Assembly: GCA_041937175.2 (NCBI GenBank) | Contig: CP166615.1 | Span: 64,001 to 128,000, forward strand | Source: Limnothrix sp. BL-A-16 | GTDB lineage: Bacteria; Cyanobacteriota; Cyanobacteriia; CACIAM-69d | Reading direction: 5' to 3' | Length of the DNA stretch: 64,000 nt | Part shown: piece after piece, positions 29,250 through 38,398 of the stretch | Layout: the number at the start of each line of letters is the position of its first letter | Position numbering within the stretch: position 1 is the stretch's first letter | Translations under genes and position numbers: made by a program | The notes under the pieces: model-generated | The model's database searches: none | The model's input: only the letters and a program-made list of their open reading frames with translations | Told to the model about the DNA's origin: nothing

Positions 29250-30116
29250 ATGGCTTCGACCCCTCTGAATCCCCCCAACGCTCCCCAGTCCTTGCCCCAA
29301 AAAAAACTCAAAGTTGATTGGGTGAAACTAGCTCTCATTTTGGGAGTTGCCGCCTACCTGCTGTTGGTGCTGGTGATTCCCCTGTTGAATGTGATTTACC
29401 AAGCACTCGCGGGCGGTTTCCCGGGGTTTTGGGCTGCGCTGCAAGAGAGCGACTTTCAAAAAGCCGTTCTGCTGACGTTGTTGATTGCGGTGATTGTGGT
29501 TCCTTTGAACACGGTTTTTGGGCTTTGTGCAGCTTGGGCCTTGACTCGGCGTAACTTTCCCGGCCGGGCCTTTTTGTTAAGCGTGATTGACCTGCCCTTT
29601 TCCGTGCCGTCGGTGGTGGCGGGGTTAATGTTAGTGCTGCTCTATGGGCGGGAAGGTTGGTTTGGCCCCTTGCTCCAAGAGTGGGATGTCAAGATCATCT
29701 TTGCGGTTCCGGGAATCGTTTTGGCTTCGGCCTTTGTGACCATGCCCTTTGTGGTGCGGGAAGTGTTGCCGGTGCTGGAGGATTTGGGCAAAGACCAAGA
29801 GGAAGCCGCCCGCACCTTGGGCGCGAATGAGTGGCAAATTTTTTGGCGAGTGACGCTGCCATCCATTCGCTGGAGCGTGATGTATGGGGTGATTTTGACC
29901 AATGCTCGCACCATGGGCGAGTTTGGGGCGGTGGCGGTGGTTTCCGGCAGCATTGCGGGCAAAACGCAGACTTTGCCGCTGTATGTGGAGGAAGCCTATA
30001 AGCAATATCAGACCCAAGCGTCCTATACGGCGGCGTTGCTGTTGGCTTGCTTGGCGTTGGTGACGTTGGTGCTGAAAACGGTGCTGGAGCGGCAAACTCA
30101 AACAGGGGATGAGTAG
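29250..30116 (+). CDS. cysW: Sulfate ABC transporter permease CysW
   Basis: DLPFSVPSVVAG, VTLPSIRW, NARTMGEFGAV. Confidence 0.95.
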   Translation: MASTPLNPPNAPQSLPQKKLKVDWVKLALILGVAAYLLLVLVIPLLNVIYQALAGGFPGFWAALQESDFQKAVLLTLLIAVIVVPLNTVFGLCAAWALTRRNFPGRAFLLSVIDLPFSVPSVVAGLMLVLLYGREGWFGPLLQEWDVKIIFAVPGIVLASAFVTMPFVVREVLPVLEDLGKDQEEAARTLGANEWQIFWRVTLPSIRWSVMYGVILTNARTMGEFGAVAVVSGSIAGKTQTLPLYVEEAYKQYQTQASYTAALLLACLALVTLVLKTVLERQTQTGDE

Positions 30117-30169
30117 CCGATCGAGCCGATCGCCCCGAGCCGCCATGGGAGAACAGCCTTGAGCCATCC

Positions 30170-30325
30170 CTAGCCGAATTTTTTCTTGGCGGCTTCGTAA
30201 ACTTCAACGGTGATGGTGGTTTCACCGGCTTCTTGGGCAAATTTCTCGATCTTTTTGCGGGCGGCGGGCCGGACAAAAAACGGAATTTCTTTGAGCTTGG
30301 CTTCGGCTTCGGGAGTCCAGTTCAT
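30170..30325 (-). CDS. Stand-alone PCP_red (ChlB C-terminal-like) small protein
   Basis: WTPEAEAKLKEIPFFVRPAARKKIEKFA. Confidence 0.85.
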   Translation of the reverse strand: MNWTPEAEAKLKEIPFFVRPAARKKIEKFAQEAGETTITVEVYEAAKKKFG

Positions 30326-30464
30326 AACTAAGCAAATCAGTAAGCAAATCAAGACCAGCAAATTAACAAGATTACCCTGAGGGCAAGGGGATTCACGGCC
30401 GGCCAAGCGATCGCCACCCGGAACAGCGGCAACTGAGGGCGGTGGCAACCGGGCCAGTTGGCTC

Positions 30465-31676
30465 CTAGGCCATCTCTTCGGCCAGGGTGCGGGCGATCGC
30501 CCCGAGGTTAAAGCCCGATGGGTAGCAATGTTCGGCTTTGCACCGCTTCAGTTCCGTTTCATTAATCACGATTTTGAGCCGCTGCATGATTTGGCGGGTG
30601 AGGTCGGCGCGATCGAGCGTGCCCACCACGGAGCCGATCGGACTCAAAACCACCAACCGTTGCACCTGCCGTTCTTCCATCAGCAGGGCTGCTTCGGCCA
30701 GGGTGGCGCTGTCCGCGATCGAGGTGAGGCGGTCAATGGGTTCAATGGCATCCACCACCCGAATCCAGGGCCAGCGCTCATGGTCAATGGCTTTGAGGCT
30801 TTCGGGATCAATCCGGCCCCGATCGCGCCCATCCACGGCCACAAAGTATTCCGGGCGATCGGCCGTCAGCAGGTAGTTATCCACAAAATCCCGCAGGCTC
30901 AGGTGACCATCCACGATCCGGAATTCCCGGGATTGGGCATTGGCCACCCGTTCATTCACCAGAGCTTCCTGCACGGTGGTCAGGCGTTCGTAACTGGCGG
31001 CATTGCGCAAACAGAACCAGCCAATTAACCCAATCCACCAGCCCTGGAGACCGCCGGGCACAAACAGGATCAGGAAGGCAGCCAAGCTGATGCCTAACCA
31101 GCCGATCGCCTGGCCGGCTTTGGCGGCCCAACGCACGCCCGTAAACCGGCTGCCGGTGGCTTTCCAAACCAGTGCCTTCAGCACCTGGCCGCCATCGAGG
31201 GGCAAACCGGGAATTAGGTTAAACACCGCCAGCACTAAATTAATCCGCGCCAAATTCAAGCAAAGGATGGTGAGCGGGCTGGTGGGAGCCAACCGCCCGA
31301 TCGCGGACAGCAAAATAAACAGGCTCAAGCTGACGAGGGGCCCCGCGATCGCCACTTGCATCGCGCCGCCGGGGGTTTTGGATTCCCGGTCGATCGCGGC
31401 CACGCCGCCAAACATGAACAGGGTGATCGAATTCACGGCGATGCCTTGCGATCGGGCCGCCAAGCTGTGGCCCAACTCATGCACCAGCACGGAGCCAAAG
31501 AGCAACAAAGCGGTCAGCAAACCCAACAGCCAGGTCAGCCCCGCGCCCCAATCGGGATAGCGGTTCGCCCACTCAACACTGTTGGCGGCCGAAAACCAAA
31601 CCAAAATTAAAAACCACGATGGATCGACTAGTAGCGGAATGTTAAAGATCGACCCCACGCGCCAACCGCTTTGCAT
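30465..31676 (-). CDS. Site-2 protease (M50) with CBS domains
   Basis: HELGH, AGPLVS, FNLIPGLPLDGG. Confidence 0.94.
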   Translation of the reverse strand: MQSGWRVGSIFNIPLLVDPSWFLILVWFSAANSVEWANRYPDWGAGLTWLLGLLTALLLFGSVLVHELGHSLAARSQGIAVNSITLFMFGGVAAIDRESKTPGGAMQVAIAGPLVSLSLFILLSAIGRLAPTSPLTILCLNLARINLVLAVFNLIPGLPLDGGQVLKALVWKATGSRFTGVRWAAKAGQAIGWLGISLAAFLILFVPGGLQGWWIGLIGWFCLRNAASYERLTTVQEALVNERVANAQSREFRIVDGHLSLRDFVDNYLLTADRPEYFVAVDGRDRGRIDPESLKAIDHERWPWIRVVDAIEPIDRLTSIADSATLAEAALLMEERQVQRLVVLSPIGSVVGTLDRADLTRQIMQRLKIVINETELKRCKAEHCYPSGFNLGAIARTLAEEMA

Positions 31677-31815
31677 GGTAACCGCCTCAATCGATCGAAC
31701 TCTTTCTTCCAGGGTAACGCGCTTCCTTGGATCGACTGAATCGACGCACGGAAATTGATAATTATCAGCTTTACAATCTCGTTAGGCTCCATTTTCCAAT
31801 TCCTTTTCCCCTACC

Positions 31816-32958
31816 GTGACTGCGATCGCCCCTGAACTCACCCAGTTTTCCGCCACCGATGCTTGTCCCTATGTTTGGACTTGGCAAGGCCATCGCATTT
31901 GCTATCAGCATTCGGGTGATGCTGGCCCCGCTGTGGTTTTAATCCACGGGTTCGGGGCTTCCTGGCGGCATTGGCGTAAAAATATTCCCTTTTTGGCGCA
32001 ACATTGCCGCGTGTTTGCTCTGGATCTAATTGGTTTTGGGGGATCGGCCAAGCCCACGCCCGATCGGGAAATTCACTACACCTTCGAGACTTGGGGGCAG
32101 TTGGTGGCGGACTTTTGCCGCGAGGTGGTTGGGGAAGCGGCGTTTTTGGTGGGCAACTCGATCGGCTGCGTGGTGGCCATGCAGGCGGCCGTGGACCATC
32201 CCGAGCTGGCGCGGGCGGTGGTGTTGCTGAACTGTTCCTTGCGCCTGTTGCACGATCGCCGCCGGGCCGAGCTGCCCTGGTTCAAGCGGGTTGGCTCCGG
32301 CTATTTGCAAAAAATCTTGGGTTGGCCTTGGTTAGGCCGGACTTTTTTCCAACAAATTGCCCAGCCGGCCACCGTGCGCAAAATTCTTTGCCAAGCCTAT
32401 CGAGACACCAGCGCGGTGACGGATGAGCTGGTGGAGATTCTGATGGAACCAGCACGCGATCCGGGGGCGGCCGATGTGTTTTTGGCCTTCACGCGCTATT
32501 CCCAAGGGCCGTTGCCGGAGGACTTGTTCCCGAAGCTGCCTTGTCCGGCCATGATTCTGTGGGGCGCGGCGGATCCTTGGGAGCCGATCGAGCGCGGGTT
32601 GGCCTTCGAGCAATACCCAGCCGTTGAGCGGTTTGTGAACTTGGAAGGGGTCGGCCACTGCCCCCAAGACGAGGCTCCCAAGCAGGTGAACTATTTGCTG
32701 CGGGATTGGATTCTTTGGAAAGCGGCGGCCAAGCAGCAGCATTCGCCCTTGTCGATCGGGGATTGGGTGGAAATTGCAGTGGTGCGGCCCGATGGAGACC
32801 CAATTTGGAACGGCTTGCGCGGCCAGGTGGAACAGGTGGGCGATCGGGCGGTGACGGTGCGAGTGGAACAGGGCCAAGGCATCCGGCACTTCTATCGAGA
32901 AGATGTGAGGGCGATCGAACCGCCGACGGATTTGGAGTGGGAAAAGGACGGGGAATAG
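31816..32958 (+). CDS. Alpha/beta hydrolase with C-terminal extension
   Basis: HGFG, GNSIG, GHCPQDE; about 75 extra C-terminal residues. Confidence 0.9.
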   Translation: MTAIAPELTQFSATDACPYVWTWQGHRICYQHSGDAGPAVVLIHGFGASWRHWRKNIPFLAQHCRVFALDLIGFGGSAKPTPDREIHYTFETWGQLVADFCREVVGEAAFLVGNSIGCVVAMQAAVDHPELARAVVLLNCSLRLLHDRRRAELPWFKRVGSGYLQKILGWPWLGRTFFQQIAQPATVRKILCQAYRDTSAVTDELVEILMEPARDPGAADVFLAFTRYSQGPLPEDLFPKLPCPAMILWGAADPWEPIERGLAFEQYPAVERFVNLEGVGHCPQDEAPKQVNYLLRDWILWKAAAKQQHSPLSIGDWVEIAVVRPDGDPIWNGLRGQVEQVGDRAVTVRVEQGQGIRHFYREDVRAIEPPTDLEWEKDGE

Positions 32959-33076
32959 GTTGCGCAGGGGGCCCATCAACGCCGCCGGATCCGGCCCATC
33001 ACTGCCCGATCGCCCCTGATACAATGGGGCCGAGCCGCTTAAACAAAACTTGATTTAAATCCCGAGAGCGATCGCT

Positions 33077-34354
33077 ATGGAAACGCCCGTCACCGACCTG
33101 GCCCCCGAGACCCAAGACAGCGCTGCCCAAACCACCGCCCCTCTGGATACCAAAGCATTTCGGCGATCGCTGAATCATTCCGATAATTATTTTCGGCGCG
33201 GGTTTGGTCACGGAGCAGCGGTGGCTGAAACCATGGCCACCTCTTACCAAAGCGGTTTAATTCAAGAATTGCGGGCTAATGGCAATGTGTTGACCCGGGG
33301 CGATGTGACCATTCGCCTAGCCCAAGCATTCGGGTTTTGTTGGGGAGTTGAACGGGCGGTGGCCATGGCCTATGAAGCCCGCAAACAATTCCCCACGGAG
33401 CGGATTTGGATCACCAATGAAATCATCCACAATCCATCGGTGAATGACCATTTGCGACAGATGGGCGTGTTGTTCATTGAAGTGAACCATGGCCAAAAAG
33501 ACTTCTCGGTGGTGAAGCGAGGAGACGTGGTGATTCTGCCGGCCTTTGGGGCCAGTGTGCAGGAAATGCAACTGTTGAACGATCGCGGTTGCATCATCGT
33601 AGACACCACCTGTCCTTGGGTAGCAAAGGTGTGGAACAGCGTTGAAAAACACAAAAAAAGCGATTACACCTCGATCGTTCATGGGAAATACAACCATGAG
33701 GAAACGATCGCTACTAGCTCCTTTGCCAATAAATATTTGGTTGTGCTGAATATGGAGCAGGCGGAATACGTCAGCAACTATATTCTGCAAGGTGGAGATA
33801 AGACAGAATTCCTCGCCAAATTTGCCAAGGCCTGTTCGCAGGGGTTCGATCCCGATCGGGATCTCGATCGGGTGGGTGTGGCGAACCAAACCACCATGCT
33901 CAAGAGCGAAACCGAAGAGATCGGGAAGCTGTTTGAGCGCACCATGATGCAGCGGTTTGGCCCCGACAAACTGAACGATCACTTCATGAGTTTCAACACC
34001 ATTTGTGATGCTACCCAAGAACGGCAAGATGCCATGTTTGAGTTGGTGGATGCGCCGATGGATTTGATGATTGTGATTGGTGGGTTTAACTCTTCCAACA
34101 CCACCCATTTGCAGGAAATTGCCATCGAACGGAACATCCCTTCCTATCACATTGACAGCGCCGATCGAATTCTGGATGAACGGGCGATCGAGCACAAACC
34201 CCTCCACGGCGACATCGAACGTGCCGAAAACTGGTTACCCGCCGGGCCGATTACTGTGGGCATCACTTCCGGTGCGTCCACACCGGATAAGGCCGTTGAG
34301 GAAACGATCGAGCGAATTTTTGCCTGCAAAGAGCGCCTCGCTCAATTAGGTTAG
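33077..34354 (+). CDS. ispH: 4-hydroxy-3-methylbut-2-enyl diphosphate reductase
   Basis: [36 protein letters not shown]. Confidence 0.97.
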   Translation: METPVTDLAPETQDSAAQTTAPLDTKAFRRSLNHSDNYFRRGFGHGAAVAETMATSYQSGLIQELRANGNVLTRGDVTIRLAQAFGFCWGVERAVAMAYEARKQFPTERIWITNEIIHNPSVNDHLRQMGVLFIEVNHGQKDFSVVKRGDVVILPAFGASVQEMQLLNDRGCIIVDTTCPWVAKVWNSVEKHKKSDYTSIVHGKYNHEETIATSSFANKYLVVLNMEQAEYVSNYILQGGDKTEFLAKFAKACSQGFDPDRDLDRVGVANQTTMLKSETEEIGKLFERTMMQRFGPDKLNDHFMSFNTICDATQERQDAMFELVDAPMDLMIVIGGFNSSNTTHLQEIAIERNIPSYHIDSADRILDERAIEHKPLHGDIERAENWLPAGPITVGITSGASTPDKAVEETIERIFACKERLAQLG

Positions 34355-34519
34355 CCAGAATCTTGATCCTGAAAGACTGTCGAAAAGCCAAACTTGCTAC
34401 TCTGTATGCCCTAGGGATCGGCCCAGACAAGGAGCTTCAGCCCCTTGCCCCATGACAGTTGATGGGCGATCGTGATAGGCAACTTTGCTAGCCGACAAAA
34501 GCCCCATCAAAAATGCCAT

Positions 34520-34559
34520 AAAAACGGGGTTCTGGTTAAGAGCCAGTACCCCGTTTTTT
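34520..34559. terminator. Bidirectional terminator-like hairpin
   Basis: AAAAACGGGGT..ACCCCGTTTTTT between convergent genes. Confidence 0.7.
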
Positions 34560-34573
34560 GTGGCAAAAGCTTA

Positions 34574-34848
34574 GAGGATGTCTGAGCAGTAACGACTTGC
34601 AAAGCACTAGCAGTCGTGGGGGCAAGGGGCTTAAGCCCCTTGTCTCTATCGGTCAAATTGATCGATAAGACCCACAAGGTAGCATTTCGATTGTTTAGAC
34701 ATCCCCTCAGAGGATGTCTAAAAAGTATCTTTCGGCACGGGCAATGCACCAAGAGTCGTGGGGGCAAGGGGCTTAAGCCCCTTGTCTCTATCGGTCAAAT
34801 TGATCGATAAGACCCACAAGGTAGCATTTTGATTGTTGAGACATCCCC
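34574..34848. mobile_element. Two head-to-tail family-B MITEs (34574-34706 and 34710-34848)
   Basis: TTA|GAGGATGTCT..AGACATCCCC|TCA|GAGGATGTCT..AGACATCCCC|TCA; palindromes at 34623 and 34765. Confidence 0.88.
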
Positions 34849-35024
34849 TCACAGCAACTTGAGTTGACTAGGGAATTTAGATCCCTATGTTTGAACCCAA
34901 TAGCTAGATCCAATCTTAGTTGACCTCAATCATTCCATCAGAGAAATGCTGCTAGAGAGAACCTGTTAGATATTGTGTCCTTTGCCTTCTTTGCTTGACC
35001 TTTATTGAACCTTTGCTCGTGGAG

Positions 35025-35324
35025 CTAAAAGCGTCTGGTGGCCAGATCGCGACCATCCGATAACCCCAACGATTCCACCCGATCGCCTCTGGATTCCGTA
35101 ACTCGTTCAGCTACTTCTTGGTAGCGGTTTTTATAGCGTTGCTGCGCGATCGACAGCAGCAAATAAACCACCGCCAAATAGACCACCGATGCACCCAAAA
35201 TGGTCCAAGACGTTTGCTGCGGAAACACCAAATGCGCCACATTATGAATCGGCAATGAATACCGATTTGCGATCACCAATCCTTGGTAGAGGGCCAATCC
35301 CACCAACAGTCCCAGCGCGTTCAT
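35025..35324 (-). CDS. Hypothetical small membrane protein
   Basis: 99-aa ATG ORF with two hydrophobic segments. Confidence 0.5.
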   Translation of the reverse strand: MNALGLLVGLALYQGLVIANRYSLPIHNVAHLVFPQQTSWTILGASVVYLAVVYLLLSIAQQRYKNRYQEVAERVTESRGDRVESLGLSDGRDLATRRF

Positions 35325-36003
35325 AGCAGTAACTGTACATGAATATAGTTTTTGTGAGCTGAAAATATGGTCGCGCTGAAGCCAGCACTGAAATATGGTT
35401 CAGAACGCGATCGACATCCCCCGGTCGCCGTTCCAAAACAATGACAGCACTCACCATGGCGCACACCAAGGCCGAACCCTGACTCAAGGCAATTGAGAAT
35501 CGGAGTCCAACCTAGTGCTTAACCCCTATCTGGGTCTGGGCCTCACTGAATAGAACCATCCCATCGGGAACCGAAACACCCTTAAGGGTGCTGATTCGCG
35601 ATCGCTACCGGATTGGTTCGGGTCAGCAGACCTGATAGCGGCTTGGATCTGGTCGTCTTTGTGTGAGAATGCTCGTGCAATTCACATTTCGGAGTCCAGT
35701 CCTATTCAATTCGGCAAAGCTTGCAGCGGGCAGCTTTCCCATGAAGTTTTTAGAAACCCCTGACCTATAGAATAACACCTGATTTCTCAGGGTTGACAGT
35801 GAATTTTTGGTGGTTTTTACAAATCTTTAGAAATCCCCAAAAGCCCGTATTGATGGGCATTCGTGCAACAGCGATCCCCGATCAATCACCGTAATCTTGA
35901 CAAATCCCGATCCCACTCATCTACGCGGATTGGTCTGGGGTTAGCTTAAAATAATCACAGAATGCGTAAAATTTCGTAACCTGATGCTGCACCGGGCCAA
36001 TCC

Positions 36004-36975
36004 ATGACCTCGACGATTTCCCTGCTTTCTCCGGTTGAAGCCGATCTTGATGCCATGACGATGAACCTGCGCAAGCTGGTTGGCGCAAAGCATCCGATCC
36101 TCTATGCAGCGGCAGAGCACTTGTTTAGTGCAGGCGGCAAGCGTTTGCGACCGGCGATTGTGTTGTTGGTGGCCCGGGCCACGATGGGGTCAGCGGAAAT
36201 TACGGCCCGACATCGACGGTTGGCAGAAATTACGGAAATGATCCACACGGCCAGCTTGGTTCACGATGATGTGGTGGATGAAGCCGGAACGCGACGGGGT
36301 GTGCCCACGGTACACAGTCGTTTCAATAACCGGGTGGCGGTGCTGGCGGGCGATTTCCTCTTTGCCCAGTCCTCTTGGTATTTGGCAAATTTGGACAATC
36401 TGGAAGTGGTGAAGCTGCTTTCGGAAGTGATTATGAATTTGGCGGAGGGCGAAATTGACCAGGGCCTCAATCGCTTTGACACCAGCCTGACCCTGGAAGC
36501 CTATCTACAAAAGAGCTACTACAAAACCGCATCGCTGGTGGCCAACAGTTCCAAGGCGGCGGCGATTTTGAGCGATGTGGAGCGATCGGTGGCCGAACGC
36601 CTCTATAGCTACGGTCGCCATGTGGGGTTGGCGTTCCAGGTGGTGGATGACATTTTGGATTTCACCAGTTCCGATGAAGTGCTCGGGAAACCGGCGGGGT
36701 CGGATTTGCGCAGCGGCAATCTGACGGCTCCGGTTTTGTATGCGCTGGAGGAGTTTCCCCAACTGGAGGGGCCGATCGAGCGGGAGTTTTCAGAGGAGGG
36801 CGATATTGAAACGGCCCTGGAGTTGGTGCGATCGAGCCAGGGCATTGAGCGGTCTCGTGCTTTGGCGAAACATCATGTGGAGCAGGCGATCGAGGATGTG
36901 ATGGTGTTGGCTCCGTCGGCGGCGCGGGAGGCCTTGGTGGGGCTGGCACATTACGCGATCGAACGGATTTACTAA
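36004..36975 (+). CDS. sds: Solanesyl diphosphate synthase
   Basis: GGKRLRP, HDDVVD, DDILD. Confidence 0.93.
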   Translation: MTSTISLLSPVEADLDAMTMNLRKLVGAKHPILYAAAEHLFSAGGKRLRPAIVLLVARATMGSAEITARHRRLAEITEMIHTASLVHDDVVDEAGTRRGVPTVHSRFNNRVAVLAGDFLFAQSSWYLANLDNLEVVKLLSEVIMNLAEGEIDQGLNRFDTSLTLEAYLQKSYYKTASLVANSSKAAAILSDVERSVAERLYSYGRHVGLAFQVVDDILDFTSSDEVLGKPAGSDLRSGNLTAPVLYALEEFPQLEGPIEREFSEEGDIETALELVRSSQGIERSRALAKHHVEQAIEDVMVLAPSAAREALVGLAHYAIERIY

Positions 36976-37146
36976 GGCTGACTGGGTTTCCAGGGGGTCG
37001 ATCGGGTGATGATCGCCAACGGGTGATCATCCCAGATCAATCACGATCTCAAACCAGCAACCACTCCAGACAAGGCGCTCAAGCACCTTGCCCCCCAGGA
37101 TCCTGCGATGTAAGAACCGAGGGTTTGCGAATCCGAGCGATCGGCC

Positions 37147-38079
37147 CTAGCGTTTGGGATGGGGTTTCAGGATGCGTTTGGCCTTGGTCAGGGCCCGTTG
37201 CCAGATCGATCGTGATGGTGGCGGAGCCAAAGGAGAAACGGTCGGCTTCGGTTCGTGTAAATACCGATATTTCTCCCACAGTTCCCAGTAGGGACAACCG
37301 GGCTGAAGTCGAATGCCCGCCCAATGCAGATAGGGAACGGGTTTGTTGACTTTCGGATCGATCAAGCGATCGCCCTGCCAAACAAAATGTTTGCTACCGG
37401 CCCAGCTTCCGGGCCCCTTTTCGGGCCGCTGTGTCCAATTCCAACGCTTAGGAAATCGCCGTAAAACCATGTAGTTAATGATGGGTTGGTCGGACGTTTT
37501 CTTAGAAAAATCAAAATATTCTGGGTGAGCGGCACATTCAGCGAAGGTGTCGTACAAATCCTGTTCGGTGATTAATCCTTTGCGAGATCCCCACAAACCG
37601 CCGTTAAAAGTTCCCCGCAGATCTTCTTCTGTAAAAACACCCTGGTCTAGAACGGTTGATGTGAAAACGTCCTTCATGCCGCCAGCATGTTGATAGTCAT
37701 AGCAAACAAAGTCTGCTTCGGACAGCGCATCAAGGCATTGAATAATCGGCTCAAAAACAATCAGGTCTGTGTCAATGTAGAGAAATTCATCAAAGGGGCC
37801 AAACCAGCAAGCTTGTTTACGAAACTGATTCGGACGAGCGAAAAATTCTTGACCAAAGATGCTTTGAAGCTGAACAGAAAGGCGTTGAATAAACTCTAAA
37901 TCTTCAAATAATAAAACACCGAATCGATCGCTCAGAATTTTGGCAACCTTTTGGTAGTGATCATCATAGGGAATGAGCATAACGGGTGTTTCGGCATCAG
38001 TTGCCCGAATACTTTCGAGCAGCGTGATCGCATGTTCCGTTACTTTGTCATTGGCGATGATATAAAATCCACGACTCAT
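37147..38079 (-). CDS. GT-A fold glycosyltransferase-like protein (Npun_R2821/R2822-like family)
   Basis: MSRGFYIIAND, WFGPFDEFLYIDTD (DxD), FNGG, DQPIINY, YLHWAG. Confidence 0.75.
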   Translation of the reverse strand: MSRGFYIIANDKVTEHAITLLESIRATDAETPVMLIPYDDHYQKVAKILSDRFGVLLFEDLEFIQRLSVQLQSIFGQEFFARPNQFRKQACWFGPFDEFLYIDTDLIVFEPIIQCLDALSEADFVCYDYQHAGGMKDVFTSTVLDQGVFTEEDLRGTFNGGLWGSRKGLITEQDLYDTFAECAAHPEYFDFSKKTSDQPIINYMVLRRFPKRWNWTQRPEKGPGSWAGSKHFVWQGDRLIDPKVNKPVPYLHWAGIRLQPGCPYWELWEKYRYLHEPKPTVSPLAPPPSRSIWQRALTKAKRILKPHPKR

Positions 38080-38398
38080 AGCCGATCGATCCTTTGCAAT
38101 TCAGTTCAGCCGATCCATTGCCATTTCAGCATAGGCCTGAACCTTTATTCTTGCCATCGGTTGCCAAATCCCCATAAATCGGAGCCATCTTGGATTGTGC
38201 TCAAAGATGGTGTGCTCAAAGATGATGGGCCCAAGAATGATGCGCCCAGGGACGATCGGTTGGGAAAAATTGAGCGATGAGATTGATCAAAAATAATCGG
38301 CTCAGAAATTCAAAGGGGCGATCGAACCCGCTCGATCGCCCCCCAATTTGCTCGATGGATGCCGTGAATCCCTGAAAACAGCAACCGCCAGTGTTTTT

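Noticed and set aside
35242..35487. Possible frameshifted N-terminus of the 99-aa membrane protein
   Set aside because: No recognisable motif or slippery site, and the downstream ORF has its own ATG.
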